DNA from: Clostridium sp.
GTDB taxonomy: Bacteria; Bacillota; Clostridia; Clostridiales; Caloramatoraceae
Length of the DNA: 64,000 bases
Assembly (NCBI RefSeq): GCF_036639235.1
Contig: NZ_JAVWJB010000007.1
Location: forward strand, 9,352-73,351
Direction: 5' to 3'
Shown: positions 1 through 7,677 of the stretch, piece after piece
Position numbering within the stretch: the stretch's first letter is position 1
Layout: each line of letters starts with the position of its first letter
Program-made: the position numbers and the translations under genes
Notes under the pieces: generated by a model
The model's input: the letters and a program-made list of their open reading frames with translations, nothing else
Told to the model about the DNA's origin: nothing
Database searches by the model: none

Positions 1-143
1 ATGGATTTCAACTAAAAGGTTATGTAAAGGGGTTTGATAACTTTACAGTTATTCTTGAAGTAGATGAAAAGCAAACTATGGTTTATAAGCATGCTATTTC
101 AACTATTACACCGGCTAAGCCTGTTCTTTACAATAACCAATAG
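1..143 (+). CDS. hfq: RNA chaperone Hfq, 3' part (5' end outside window)
   Basis: Frame from nt 3 reads [46 protein letters not shown]; Sm2 motif YKHAIST; not in the supplied ORF track. Confidence 0.95.
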   Translation, partial: GFQLKGYVKGFDNFTVILEVDEKQTMVYKHAISTITPAKPVLYNNQ

Positions 144-184
144 ATATTAATAGAGAGTTATAAACTTTAGTATTAATAAATATT

Positions 185-217
185 CCCTTCTACATTTATT
201 GAGTGTAGAAGGGTTTT
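185..217 (+). terminator. Intrinsic terminator after hfq
   Basis: cccttctaca / tgtagaaggg 10-bp stem followed by tttt. Confidence 0.6.
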
Positions 218-267
218 AGCTTTTATGCTAAAATTATTTAGATAAAGCGTATTACTAGGAGGATAAA

Positions 268-1551
268 ATGTTATCAGTAACTAAGGACTTTTTAAAGACT
301 AATTTTAATATAAGCGATGAAGTACTAAATATTTCAGAGAAAGCTCTTAATGATATAGAGCCTGTATTTAAGGATATAGATGAAATAAGAGAATACAACC
401 AAAATAAGGTGTTAAAGGCAATGCAAAGTGTACGTCTAAGTGATAACCACTTTACCCATTCAACAGGATATGGATATGGTGATATAGGACGTGAAGCACT
501 TGAGGCTATTTATGCTAAGGTTTTTAATGCAGAGGATGCATTAGTTAGACCAAATGTTATATCAGGAACACATGCTATAACACTTGCTCTAACAGGTAAT
601 TTAAGACCTAATGATAAACTTATGTACATAACAGGTACTCCATATGACACACTACTTCAAGTAATTGGAGTTGAAGGTGAGAATTGTGGTTCACTTAAGG
701 AATTCGGTATTGGATATGAAGAGGTTGCACTTGTTAATAATAAGATAGATATTGAAAAAAGCGTTGAAATGCTTAAAAATGACCCTTCAATTAAAATTGT
801 AGGTATGCAAAGATCAACAGGCTATGGATATAGACCTTCATTTACTATTGAAGAAATTAAACAAGCAACTGAGGCTATAAAGGCTGTTCGTGAAGATGTT
901 ATAGTGTTTGTTGACAACTGCTATGGAGAATTCCTAGATGTTCTAGAGCCAACTGATGTTGGGGTAGACATGATTGCAGGTTCACTTATAAAAAACATAG
1001 GTGGCGGAATTGCACCAACAGGTGGATATATTGTAGGTAAGAGTAAGTATGTAGAGCAGGCTTCTTATAGACTAACTTCTCCAGGAATTGGGAAGGAAGC
1101 AGGGGCAACTCTTGGTGCTATAAGATATATGATTCAGGGATTATTCCATGCTCCACATGTAACAGCAGAGGCTCTTAAAACAGCAATATTCTGTGGAAGA
1201 GTTATGGAGATATGTGGCTATGAAGTATGTCCTGGTGCGTTTGACAAGAGAAGTGACATTATCCAGGCTATAAAGTTTGGTAATCCAAAGGATTTAATTA
1301 ACTTCTGTAAGGGAATCCAAAAAGGTTCCCCAGTAGATTCATTTGTTGAATGTGAACCATGGGAGATGCCAGGTTATACAAGTGAGGTTATAATGGCAGC
1401 AGGTGCCTTTAATCAAGGTTCTTCAATAGAACTTAGTGCAGATGGACCTATAAGAGAGCCTTATATAGCATATATGCAGGGTGGACTTACATTTGACCAT
1501 GGTAAAACAGGTGTTATGATAGGTCTTAGTAACGTACTTAATAATAAGTAA
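268..1551 (+). CDS. ynbB: YnbB-family PLP-dependent protein (methionine gamma-lyase/cystathionine beta-lyase-like, aluminium resistance family)
   Basis: TGYGYGDIGRE, VDNCYGEF, GSLIKNIGGG, AYMQGGLT motifs; RBS aggagg; position after hfq. Confidence 0.9.
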   Translation: MLSVTKDFLKTNFNISDEVLNISEKALNDIEPVFKDIDEIREYNQNKVLKAMQSVRLSDNHFTHSTGYGYGDIGREALEAIYAKVFNAEDALVRPNVISGTHAITLALTGNLRPNDKLMYITGTPYDTLLQVIGVEGENCGSLKEFGIGYEEVALVNNKIDIEKSVEMLKNDPSIKIVGMQRSTGYGYRPSFTIEEIKQATEAIKAVREDVIVFVDNCYGEFLDVLEPTDVGVDMIAGSLIKNIGGGIAPTGGYIVGKSKYVEQASYRLTSPGIGKEAGATLGAIRYMIQGLFHAPHVTAEALKTAIFCGRVMEICGYEVCPGAFDKRSDIIQAIKFGNPKDLINFCKGIQKGSPVDSFVECEPWEMPGYTSEVIMAAGAFNQGSSIELSADGPIREPYIAYMQGGLTFDHGKTGVMIGLSNVLNNK

Positions 1552-1555
1552 ATCT

Positions 1556-1592
1556 AAAGCCTAAGTGGAATAATTCTATTTAGGCTTTTTTC
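1556..1592 (+). terminator. Intrinsic terminator after ynbB
   Basis: aaagcctaa...ttaggcttt stem plus T-run. Confidence 0.75.
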
Positions 1593-1642
1593 TATGTAAC
1601 TATGGTAAATTTACCAAATATGTATTAGAATAATTAGTATTG

Positions 1643-1672
1643 AATATTAGATATGAAATCATAACTAATATT
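1643..1672. promoter_or_regulatory. 30-bp imperfect palindrome upstream of gshAB (possible operator)
   Basis: aatattagatatga-aa-tcataactaatatt: 13 of 14 arm positions pair. Confidence 0.4.
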
Positions 1673-1681
1673 AAGTAAACT
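1654..1681. other. Degenerate dif-like site
   Basis: TGAAATCATAA CTAATA TTAAGTAAACT; right arm 11/11 identical to the site at 7650-7677, 20/28 overall. Confidence 0.35.
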
Positions 1682-1708
1682 AGAAATTTAAAGTGTGGAA
1701 GGTGACGG

Positions 1709-4015
1709 ATGTTAAATATATATAAAAGTCTATTTAACAAGGAAGAATTATTAGAGGGAAACTTTGGAATAGAAAGGGAAGCACTTAGGGTTGATGGTAA
1801 TGGATACTTAGCACTAACTAAGCATCCAAAGGATTTTGGGGAGAAAATAGAAAATCCTTATATTACAACTGATTTTTCCGAGAGTCAAGTAGAGATGGTA
1901 ACTCCTATATTTTCATCATTAAAGGATACCCACGATTTTCTTGAAGTACTATATGATATAGTAGCTAATTCGCTTGAAGGTGAGTATTTATGGCCACAGT
2001 CAATGCCATGTTATATTAAAGATGAGGGAGCAATTCCAATTGCTGATTTTGGAGATAGTATTGATGGGACTGAAAGATATAACTATAGGGCATCACTACT
2101 AAAAAGATACGGCGGCAAAAAGCAGCTTATTTCTGGTATACATTATAATTTCTCATTTAAAGATGAGTTTATAAGAAAGATTTATAACCATTTAAATACA
2201 GGAGAGAGCTTTAAAGTATTTAAGAATAATTTTTATCTTAAGATAACAAGAAATTATTTAAGATATAGATGGTTTTTAATTTATCTACTTGGTGCAGCTC
2301 CTGTTATACATGAAAGCTATAAAAGCGTATGTAGTAATGACTTAAAGCTAATTAACAGTGAAGATTATTCAACAAAGGGAGCAATTTCTTTTAGGAATAC
2401 TGAATGTGGCTACGAAAATAAAGTAGATCTTTATCCAAGCTATAAAAGTGTAGAATCACACATTAAAAGCGTTATTAGCTTTATTGAGAAGGATTATATA
2501 GATAATAGCAAGGAGCTTTATAGTCAGATAAGACTTAAGGCAAAGGATAATACTAGGTTATTTGAATCTCTTCTTGAGGATGGAATAGATTATCTTGAGG
2601 TTAGAAGCATCGATATTAACCCATTTGAAAAAACAGGTATAAGCTATAATGACTTAAGACTTATACATTTATTTATTCTATATACTACAGTCAAAGAAGA
2701 AAAAAGCTACAAGATGTGGCAGGAAGAGGCTCTATACAACCAAAGGTTAATAGCAAGACATGGATGTAGTGATGTATTCCTTAAAAAGGACGGAGAAAAA
2801 ATCTTAGCTAAGGATTATCTACTTGAGGTAATAAGTGAAATTGAAGAGATGAATCAATATCTTGAACTTAAAGAGGACCTTGTTATAGATGAGGCTAAGA
2901 ACAAAATTATTAATCCATCTACATTGCCTTCTGTTAAGGTTATTGAAGAAAGTATAAATAAAGGGTATTTACATTCTAATATATCACTTGCTAAGGACTA
3001 TAAAGAAAGTAGTTATAAGAACCGTTTTAAAATGGTTGGATATGAGGACTTAGAACTTTCAACTCAAATTCTTATGAAGGAAGCTATAAAAAGGGGAATT
3101 AAGGTTGATATTATAGATAGAACTGAGAATTTTATTACACTTTCAGATAAGAATAAAATAGAATATGTAAAGCAGGCTACAGAAACATCACTTGATAGCT
3201 TTGCAACAATTCTTATGATGGAGAATAAGGTTGTAACTAAAAAGGTTCTTCGTAAGCATAATATTAGGGTTCCAGATGGATTTGAATATACATCAATTGA
3301 TGATGCATTAGGGTCTATTTATAAGTTTACTAGAAAGCCTATAGTTATAAAGCCAAAGGGAACTAATTTTGGAATAGGAATAAGTATTTTCCCAGATGGT
3401 GCTAATAAAGATGACATTAAAAAGGCTTTTGAAATTGCTTTTAGTAAGGATAATACTGTTCTTGTAGAGGAGTTCATTAAAGGGAAAGAATTTAGATTCC
3501 TAGTTGTTGAAGATGAGGCAATAGGGGTACTTAATAGGGTTCCTGCTAATGTAATAGGAAATGGAGTAGATAGTATTACTACCCTTGTAGAGGAGAAGAA
3601 TAAGAGTTATCTTCGCTCAAAGGGATATAAAACTCCACTTGAGAAAATTGAAATAGATAAGCATGTTGAATTATTTTTAGCCCAGTTTGGCAAAACACCG
3701 AACTATGTACCAGCTATGGATGAGGTTGTTTATTTACGAGAAAACTCTAATATAAGTACAGGTGGAGATAGTATTGACTATACAGATGAAATGCCTCAAA
3801 GGTTTAAAGATATAGCAGTTAAAGCATCTAAGGCAGTTGATGCTACTATATGTGGAGTAGATCTTATGATAGAGGATTTTAAAGACGAAAACTCAAATTA
3901 TGCAATTATTGAGCTTAATTTTAATCCTGCTATTCATATTCATTCATTCCCATATAAGGGAGTAGAGAGAAAAATCGCAGAAAAGGTACTTAAAGCCCTA
4001 GGCTTTATAAAATAA
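1709..4015 (+). CDS. gshAB: Bifunctional glutamate-cysteine ligase / glutathione synthetase (GshAB/GshF)
   Basis: 768 aa; N-terminal GCL domain (FGIERE, ITTDFSESQVEMVTP, ISGIHYNFS, YLEVRSIDINPF) plus C-terminal ATP-grasp (KPKGTNFGIGIS, SNISTGGDS, IELNFNP). Confidence 0.95.
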   Translation: MLNIYKSLFNKEELLEGNFGIEREALRVDGNGYLALTKHPKDFGEKIENPYITTDFSESQVEMVTPIFSSLKDTHDFLEVLYDIVANSLEGEYLWPQSMPCYIKDEGAIPIADFGDSIDGTERYNYRASLLKRYGGKKQLISGIHYNFSFKDEFIRKIYNHLNTGESFKVFKNNFYLKITRNYLRYRWFLIYLLGAAPVIHESYKSVCSNDLKLINSEDYSTKGAISFRNTECGYENKVDLYPSYKSVESHIKSVISFIEKDYIDNSKELYSQIRLKAKDNTRLFESLLEDGIDYLEVRSIDINPFEKTGISYNDLRLIHLFILYTTVKEEKSYKMWQEEALYNQRLIARHGCSDVFLKKDGEKILAKDYLLEVISEIEEMNQYLELKEDLVIDEAKNKIINPSTLPSVKVIEESINKGYLHSNISLAKDYKESSYKNRFKMVGYEDLELSTQILMKEAIKRGIKVDIIDRTENFITLSDKNKIEYVKQATETSLDSFATILMMENKVVTKKVLRKHNIRVPDGFEYTSIDDALGSIYKFTRKPIVIKPKGTNFGIGISIFPDGANKDDIKKAFEIAFSKDNTVLVEEFIKGKEFRFLVVEDEAIGVLNRVPANVIGNGVDSITTLVEEKNKSYLRSKGYKTPLEKIEIDKHVELFLAQFGKTPNYVPAMDEVVYLRENSNISTGGDSIDYTDEMPQRFKDIAVKASKAVDATICGVDLMIEDFKDENSNYAIIELNFNPAIHIHSFPYKGVERKIAEKVLKALGFIK

Positions 4016-4016
4016 A

Positions 4017-4056
4017 AATAAACGATAGTAATTTTTTACTATCGTTTATTTTTTTT
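4017..4056 (+). terminator. Intrinsic terminator after gshAB
   Basis: aataaacgatagtaa / ttactatcgtttatt perfect stem plus T-run. Confidence 0.85.
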
Positions 4057-4119
4057 AGAATTTTGGATAACCTATATATAGTTAAGTAATTATATATTTC
4101 TTAAAAGTAATAATATGGT

Positions 4120-4148
4120 TTGAACATTGTCGAATTATGTAGTAAAAT
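4120..4148 (+). promoter_or_regulatory. SigA-type promoter of the transporter gene, with a Spo0A-box match (TGTCGAA, 4128-4134) in the spacer
   Basis: TTGAAC-17 bp-TAAAAT. Confidence 0.5.
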
Positions 4149-4248
4149 GTTCGAGTGGCCAATAATAATTGTATACATGGGTTCTAAAATATATGTGTAT
4201 GTTCAAATACACATTTAAATAACTAGATTAGGTTTAGGAGGTACACAA

Positions 4249-5472
4249 ATGAAGAAAATGAGTTTTTCAGCTAGAATTTTCACAGGACTTATTCTTGGTG
4301 TTGTTCTAGGGTTAGTAATTAATACATTCCACTTCGATGGATTTTTAAGAAGTGTTATATCACCAATAGGAGCCATATTCCTTAACTTAATGAAGATGGT
4401 TATAGTTCCACTGATTCTTGCTACACTAATTAATAGTATTACAGGTGTAGGGGATATGAATAGACTTGGATTCCTTGGACGAAAGGCTCTTACATACTAT
4501 ATAGGGTCAACGTTAATAGCAGCTTCTATAGCTATTACACTTGCTATGCTTATTAAGCCAGGTGTTGGTATTAATATGCCTATACCACAGGGGCAAGTTA
4601 CTGAGGCATCATCTATTGCTAAACTTATAGTAGACATAGTCCCATCTAACCCTATTAAGGCACTAGCTGAAGGTAATACACTTCAAATTATTGTTTTTGG
4701 TGCTTTCATAGGAATAGCTATTAATATAATAGGTACTAAGGTAGATAACGTAAAGCAGCTATTTGTTTCATTTGCAGAAATCATGTATAGAATAGTTGGT
4801 ATTATAATGAGGGTTGCACCTATTGCTGTTTTTGCATTAATTACAGAAGTAGTAGCAACTAATGGGTCTGCTATCATTTTTACACTATTTAAACTTGTAA
4901 TGGTAATACTACTTGGATGTTTAATTCAGGTAATAGTAGTATTCTCAATAGCAATTAGAACCGTTGGAAAGATGAGTCCTGTTAAGTTCTTTAAAGAGAT
5001 ACTTCCAGCACAGATTTTTTCTTTCTCAACTGCAAGTAGTGCAGCAACACTTCCAATTTCAATGAAGTGTATTCAAGAGGGAATTGGTATAAGTAAGACA
5101 GTTTCTAACTTTGTACTTAATTTAGGTTCAACAGTTAATATGAACGGAGGAGCAATATATCAAGCAACTTGTGCTATTTTTATATCACAAATTTATGGTG
5201 TAGAGTTAAGCTTTCCACAGCTTATAATAGTTATGATTACAGCAGGTCTTGCATCAATTGGTGCAGCAGCAATACCTGGTACTGTTATTGTTATGATGAC
5301 AATGGTTCTATCAGCTGTAGGTCTTCCACTAGAAGCTATAGCATTAATTGCAGGTGTAGATAGAATTTTAGATATGATAACAACACCAGTTAATGTTACA
5401 GGAGATCTTGTTGCATGTGTAGTTGTTTCAGCTCAAGAGAAGAAAAAGAACCTTAAAAATGAAATTAAATAA
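4249..5472 (+). CDS. Dicarboxylate/amino acid:cation symporter (DAACS/SLC1 family), probably neutral amino acid specific
   Basis: Hydrophobic 407 aa; FSTASSAATLP serine-rich motif, NMNGG (TM7), DRILDMITTPVNVTGD (TM8). Confidence 0.9.
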   Translation: MKKMSFSARIFTGLILGVVLGLVINTFHFDGFLRSVISPIGAIFLNLMKMVIVPLILATLINSITGVGDMNRLGFLGRKALTYYIGSTLIAASIAITLAMLIKPGVGINMPIPQGQVTEASSIAKLIVDIVPSNPIKALAEGNTLQIIVFGAFIGIAINIIGTKVDNVKQLFVSFAEIMYRIVGIIMRVAPIAVFALITEVVATNGSAIIFTLFKLVMVILLGCLIQVIVVFSIAIRTVGKMSPVKFFKEILPAQIFSFSTASSAATLPISMKCIQEGIGISKTVSNFVLNLGSTVNMNGGAIYQATCAIFISQIYGVELSFPQLIIVMITAGLASIGAAAIPGTVIVMMTMVLSAVGLPLEAIALIAGVDRILDMITTPVNVTGDLVACVVVSAQEKKKNLKNEIK

Positions 5473-5483
5473 ATTTTTCCAAT

Positions 5484-5509
5484 AGTTCCAGTGCAAACTG
5501 GGACTTTTT
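5484..5509 (+). terminator. Intrinsic terminator
   Basis: agttccagt-gcaa-actgggact plus tttt. Confidence 0.7.
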
Positions 5510-5576
5510 CTATATATTATTCATATTTATGTACGATAACCAATATTAGATAGTATGATAATATTTAGATAAGGTT

Positions 5577-6284
5577 GTGGGAAAAATGAATGATGAGCAA
5601 ATAAGAGCTATAAAACAGATCACTTCAAAGAATCAAGAGTTTTTAGATACTATTGAAGAGTACTATAATAGCATAAAAAACTATTATAAAGACTATGAAA
5701 TATTAATTAAGGAATTCCAACAGGAAATGGAGAAAATGGAGCAGGCGAGTTCAAGAGAATATATAGAACCGTACTGTAATGCATACTATCTAGAAAATAA
5801 TGAATTTGCACCTTCAGTTGGAAAATGTATTAAGGACAGTGTATACATGACCTTAAATGAAGGATGGGGGTACTTAAAAGAACAATATCTTGAAACAATA
5901 AGACTTAGATACTACAACATCTTTTTAGAACTTGAAAAGATAGTTTTAGACAATAGTTATAAATTTCTTGATATATATAAGCAAATATATGCCTATAATA
6001 AGGTATGTAAGTATTTTGATGAAGTAGATGAACTATATATAAACCTTTTAAATCATGTTAATCTTGAATACAAGATATTAGATGATAGTATAGAGTACAC
6101 GGTTAATAAGCTCCGCGCAGGGCATAAAAGCATTAAAAAGTTTACACTTCCAGTTCATACAGAGCTTAAATTACAATATGAACCAATATTTATTCAAATG
6201 AGAATGCATATAGAGTCACTTCAAGCTATAAGGGACTTTTTAATTAATATTGTATGTATGTTACCTTTTGCAAATAAAAAATAA
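5577..6284 (+). CDS. Hypothetical helical protein (about 232-235 aa)
   Basis: Long ORF with its own downstream terminator; no motif recognised; start could be GTG 5577 or a nearby ATG. Confidence 0.6.
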   Translation: MGKMNDEQIRAIKQITSKNQEFLDTIEEYYNSIKNYYKDYEILIKEFQQEMEKMEQASSREYIEPYCNAYYLENNEFAPSVGKCIKDSVYMTLNEGWGYLKEQYLETIRLRYYNIFLELEKIVLDNSYKFLDIYKQIYAYNKVCKYFDEVDELYINLLNHVNLEYKILDDSIEYTVNKLRAGHKSIKKFTLPVHTELKLQYEPIFIQMRMHIESLQAIRDFLINIVCMLPFANKK

Positions 6285-6310
6285 CAACCAGCTTATGCTG
6301 GTTGTTTTTT
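6283..6310. terminator. Terminator between convergent hypothetical gene and lexA
   Basis: aacaaccagc-ttat-gctggttgtt plus tttt. Confidence 0.8.
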
Positions 6311-6339
6311 GTAGGAAAACTTATATATTGTAGATCTTA

Positions 6340-6954
6340 TTAATTCATGGTTCTAAAAAGTCCAATTGCCTTACCTAAAATAGCACAGTCTTTAACTATA
6401 ATGTTATCCATAGCTGAGTTCTCAGGCTTTAATACAATATGATCCTTTTCTTTGTAGAAGCGCTTAACTGTTGCACTATCTTCAATTAAAGCAACAACAA
6501 TTTCTCCGTTATTAGCAGTAGAAGTGGACTCAACAATTAAAAGGTCCCCATCATTAATACCAGCTTCTATCATACTAGAGCCTTTAACTTGAAGCATGAA
6601 GGTTTGCTTATTGCTCTTAATATACTCCATAGGTAATGGGAATGTATCTACTATATTCTCAACAGCAAGAATAGGTTCACCAGCAGCAACTTCGCCAACT
6701 ATAGGAACATGTACCATTTCTTTACGAAGCCTTGCATCTTCAACAATTTCAAGTGCACGAGTCTTTACAGGGTCTTTACGAACAACACCCTTTTTCTCAA
6801 GGGAATGTATAACTCCATGAGCAGAAGATGTACTCTTAAATCCGCAGGCAGCACAGATCTCTCTAACTGAAGGTGGGTAACCCCTATCCTGTATTGAATC
6901 TCTTATATAATCTAGAACTATTTGTTCCTTTTCGCTTAGACCTACATTAGACAT
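6340..6954 (-). CDS. lexA: SOS repressor LexA
   Basis: GYPPSVREI HTH; VGEVAAGEP Ala-Gly cleavage site; VKGSSMI catalytic Ser; ATVKR catalytic Lys. Confidence 0.98.
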   Translation of the reverse strand: MSNVGLSEKEQIVLDYIRDSIQDRGYPPSVREICAACGFKSTSSAHGVIHSLEKKGVVRKDPVKTRALEIVEDARLRKEMVHVPIVGEVAAGEPILAVENIVDTFPLPMEYIKSNKQTFMLQVKGSSMIEAGINDGDLLIVESTSTANNGEIVVALIEDSATVKRFYKEKDHIVLKPENSAMDNIIVKDCAILGKAIGLFRTMN

Positions 6955-7005
6955 AGAAGATCTCCTTTCTTTATTTTAAACTATGTACATTCAATTATTT
7001 AAGTA

Positions 7006-7046
7006 ATTATATCATAGATATAATTCTAAATCAAAACTTACGTTCT
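7006..7046 (-). promoter_or_regulatory. lexA SigA promoter with SOS box abutting the -35
   Basis: Minus strand TTGATT (7029-7034)-17 bp-TGaTATAAT (7006-7011); GAAC-GTAA-GTTT at 7034-7045. Confidence 0.75.
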
Positions 7047-7080
7047 TTTTTAGTGTAGTATAAATAGTTTAGAAAAAGTA

Positions 7081-7099
7081 TTTACACACACATTTTCAA
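7081..7099 (+). repeat. 19-bp direct repeat, copy 1 (copy 2 at 8481-8499)
   Basis: tttacacacacattttcaa occurs twice, 1400 bp apart. Confidence 0.7.
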
Positions 7100-7126
7100 A
7101 GTATAGCAATGACCAATCAGTATGTT

Positions 7127-7175
7127 TTATTAGAATATTAATAATATTCAAATATTATTAATATATTTCTAATAA
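7127..7175. repeat. Long AT-rich imperfect palindrome
   Basis: Inner arms 7136-7148 / 7151-7163 pair perfectly; outer arms ttattagaa / ttctaataa after a 3-nt bulge. Confidence 0.6.
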
Positions 7176-7193
7176 TTTTAATATTGTGAATAA

Positions 7194-7221
7194 TATTTAC
7201 ATAATAAATATTATGTAAATT
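7194..7221. other. dif-like Xer recombination site 1
   Basis: TATTTACATAA TAAATA TTATGTAAATT: 11-6-11 layout, perfect 10-bp inverted arms, right arm 10/11 to the B. subtilis dif arm TTATGTAAACT. Confidence 0.7.
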
Positions 7222-7256
7222 AATAAAATAAATATTATTTGGAAAAATAAAACTAG

Positions 7257-7285
7257 TAGACAATATACTTAACCTTTATTAAAAT
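7257..7285 (+). promoter_or_regulatory. SigA-type promoter of the small acidic ORF
   Basis: TAGACA-17 bp-TAAAAT, 33 bp before the ATG at 7319. Confidence 0.6.
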
Positions 7286-7318
7286 AGATGTATTGATTAT
7301 TTAAGGGGAGTGTGTACT

Positions 7319-7618
7319 ATGGAATTTAATAATGAGTTAGATATTTGCGACTTAGATCCATCTAAAATCTGTGATAGCTGCGAAAAATGTCTTGGAATAG
7401 ACACTAAAGACTATAGAGAAATTAGAATTGATGGGGTTGTAGATGAAGATACAGCAAGCCTTAACGAGTTTGATGAGTATAATATTTTTAACCTTGAAGA
7501 AGTGGAAGAAGAAGATACTGATGCAACAAATGAATATGAATTTATAGAGGATATTGAGGAAATTCGCGATATACTTTACGAGGAAAATGAAGAAAATTCA
7601 AATAACCAGGATGCTTAA
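7319..7618 (+). CDS. Small acidic Cys-motif protein (99 aa), function unknown
   Basis: RBS aaggggag 8 nt before ATG 7319 (track starts at GTG 7310); C-x7-C-x2-C-x2-C motif; 36 Asp/Glu versus 6 Lys/Arg. Confidence 0.8.
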   Translation: MEFNNELDICDLDPSKICDSCEKCLGIDTKDYREIRIDGVVDEDTASLNEFDEYNIFNLEEVEEEDTDATNEYEFIEDIEEIRDILYEENEENSNNQDA

Positions 7619-7640
7619 TTTGGCATACCTGGTTATTTTT
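7600..7640. terminator. Bidirectional terminator between small ORF and xer gene
   Basis: aaataaccagg-atgc...gcat-acctggttattt stem with flanking A/T runs. Confidence 0.7.
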
Positions 7641-7649
7641 ATGCTATGT

Positions 7650-7677
7650 AGTTTACATAATATATATTAAGTAAACT
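7650..7677. other. dif chromosome dimer resolution site (site 2), near-perfect palindrome
   Basis: Minus strand AGTTTACTTAA TATATA TTATGTAAACT; last 19 nt identical to B. subtilis dif (ACTTCCTAGAA TATATA TTATGTAAACT); located at the gene-orientation switch. Confidence 0.9.

Noticed and set aside
5510-5537. Possible dif-like site closing the gshAB/transporter block
   Set aside because: Right arm only 8/11 and the left arm lacks the inner WTAA; not distinguishable from AT-rich background
6975-7000. CTATGTAC resembling the core of B. subtilis RTP Ter sites (CTATGTA also near 1592 and 7644)
   Set aside because: Only 7-8 bp match, flanks do not fit the Ter consensus, and no rtp gene is in the window
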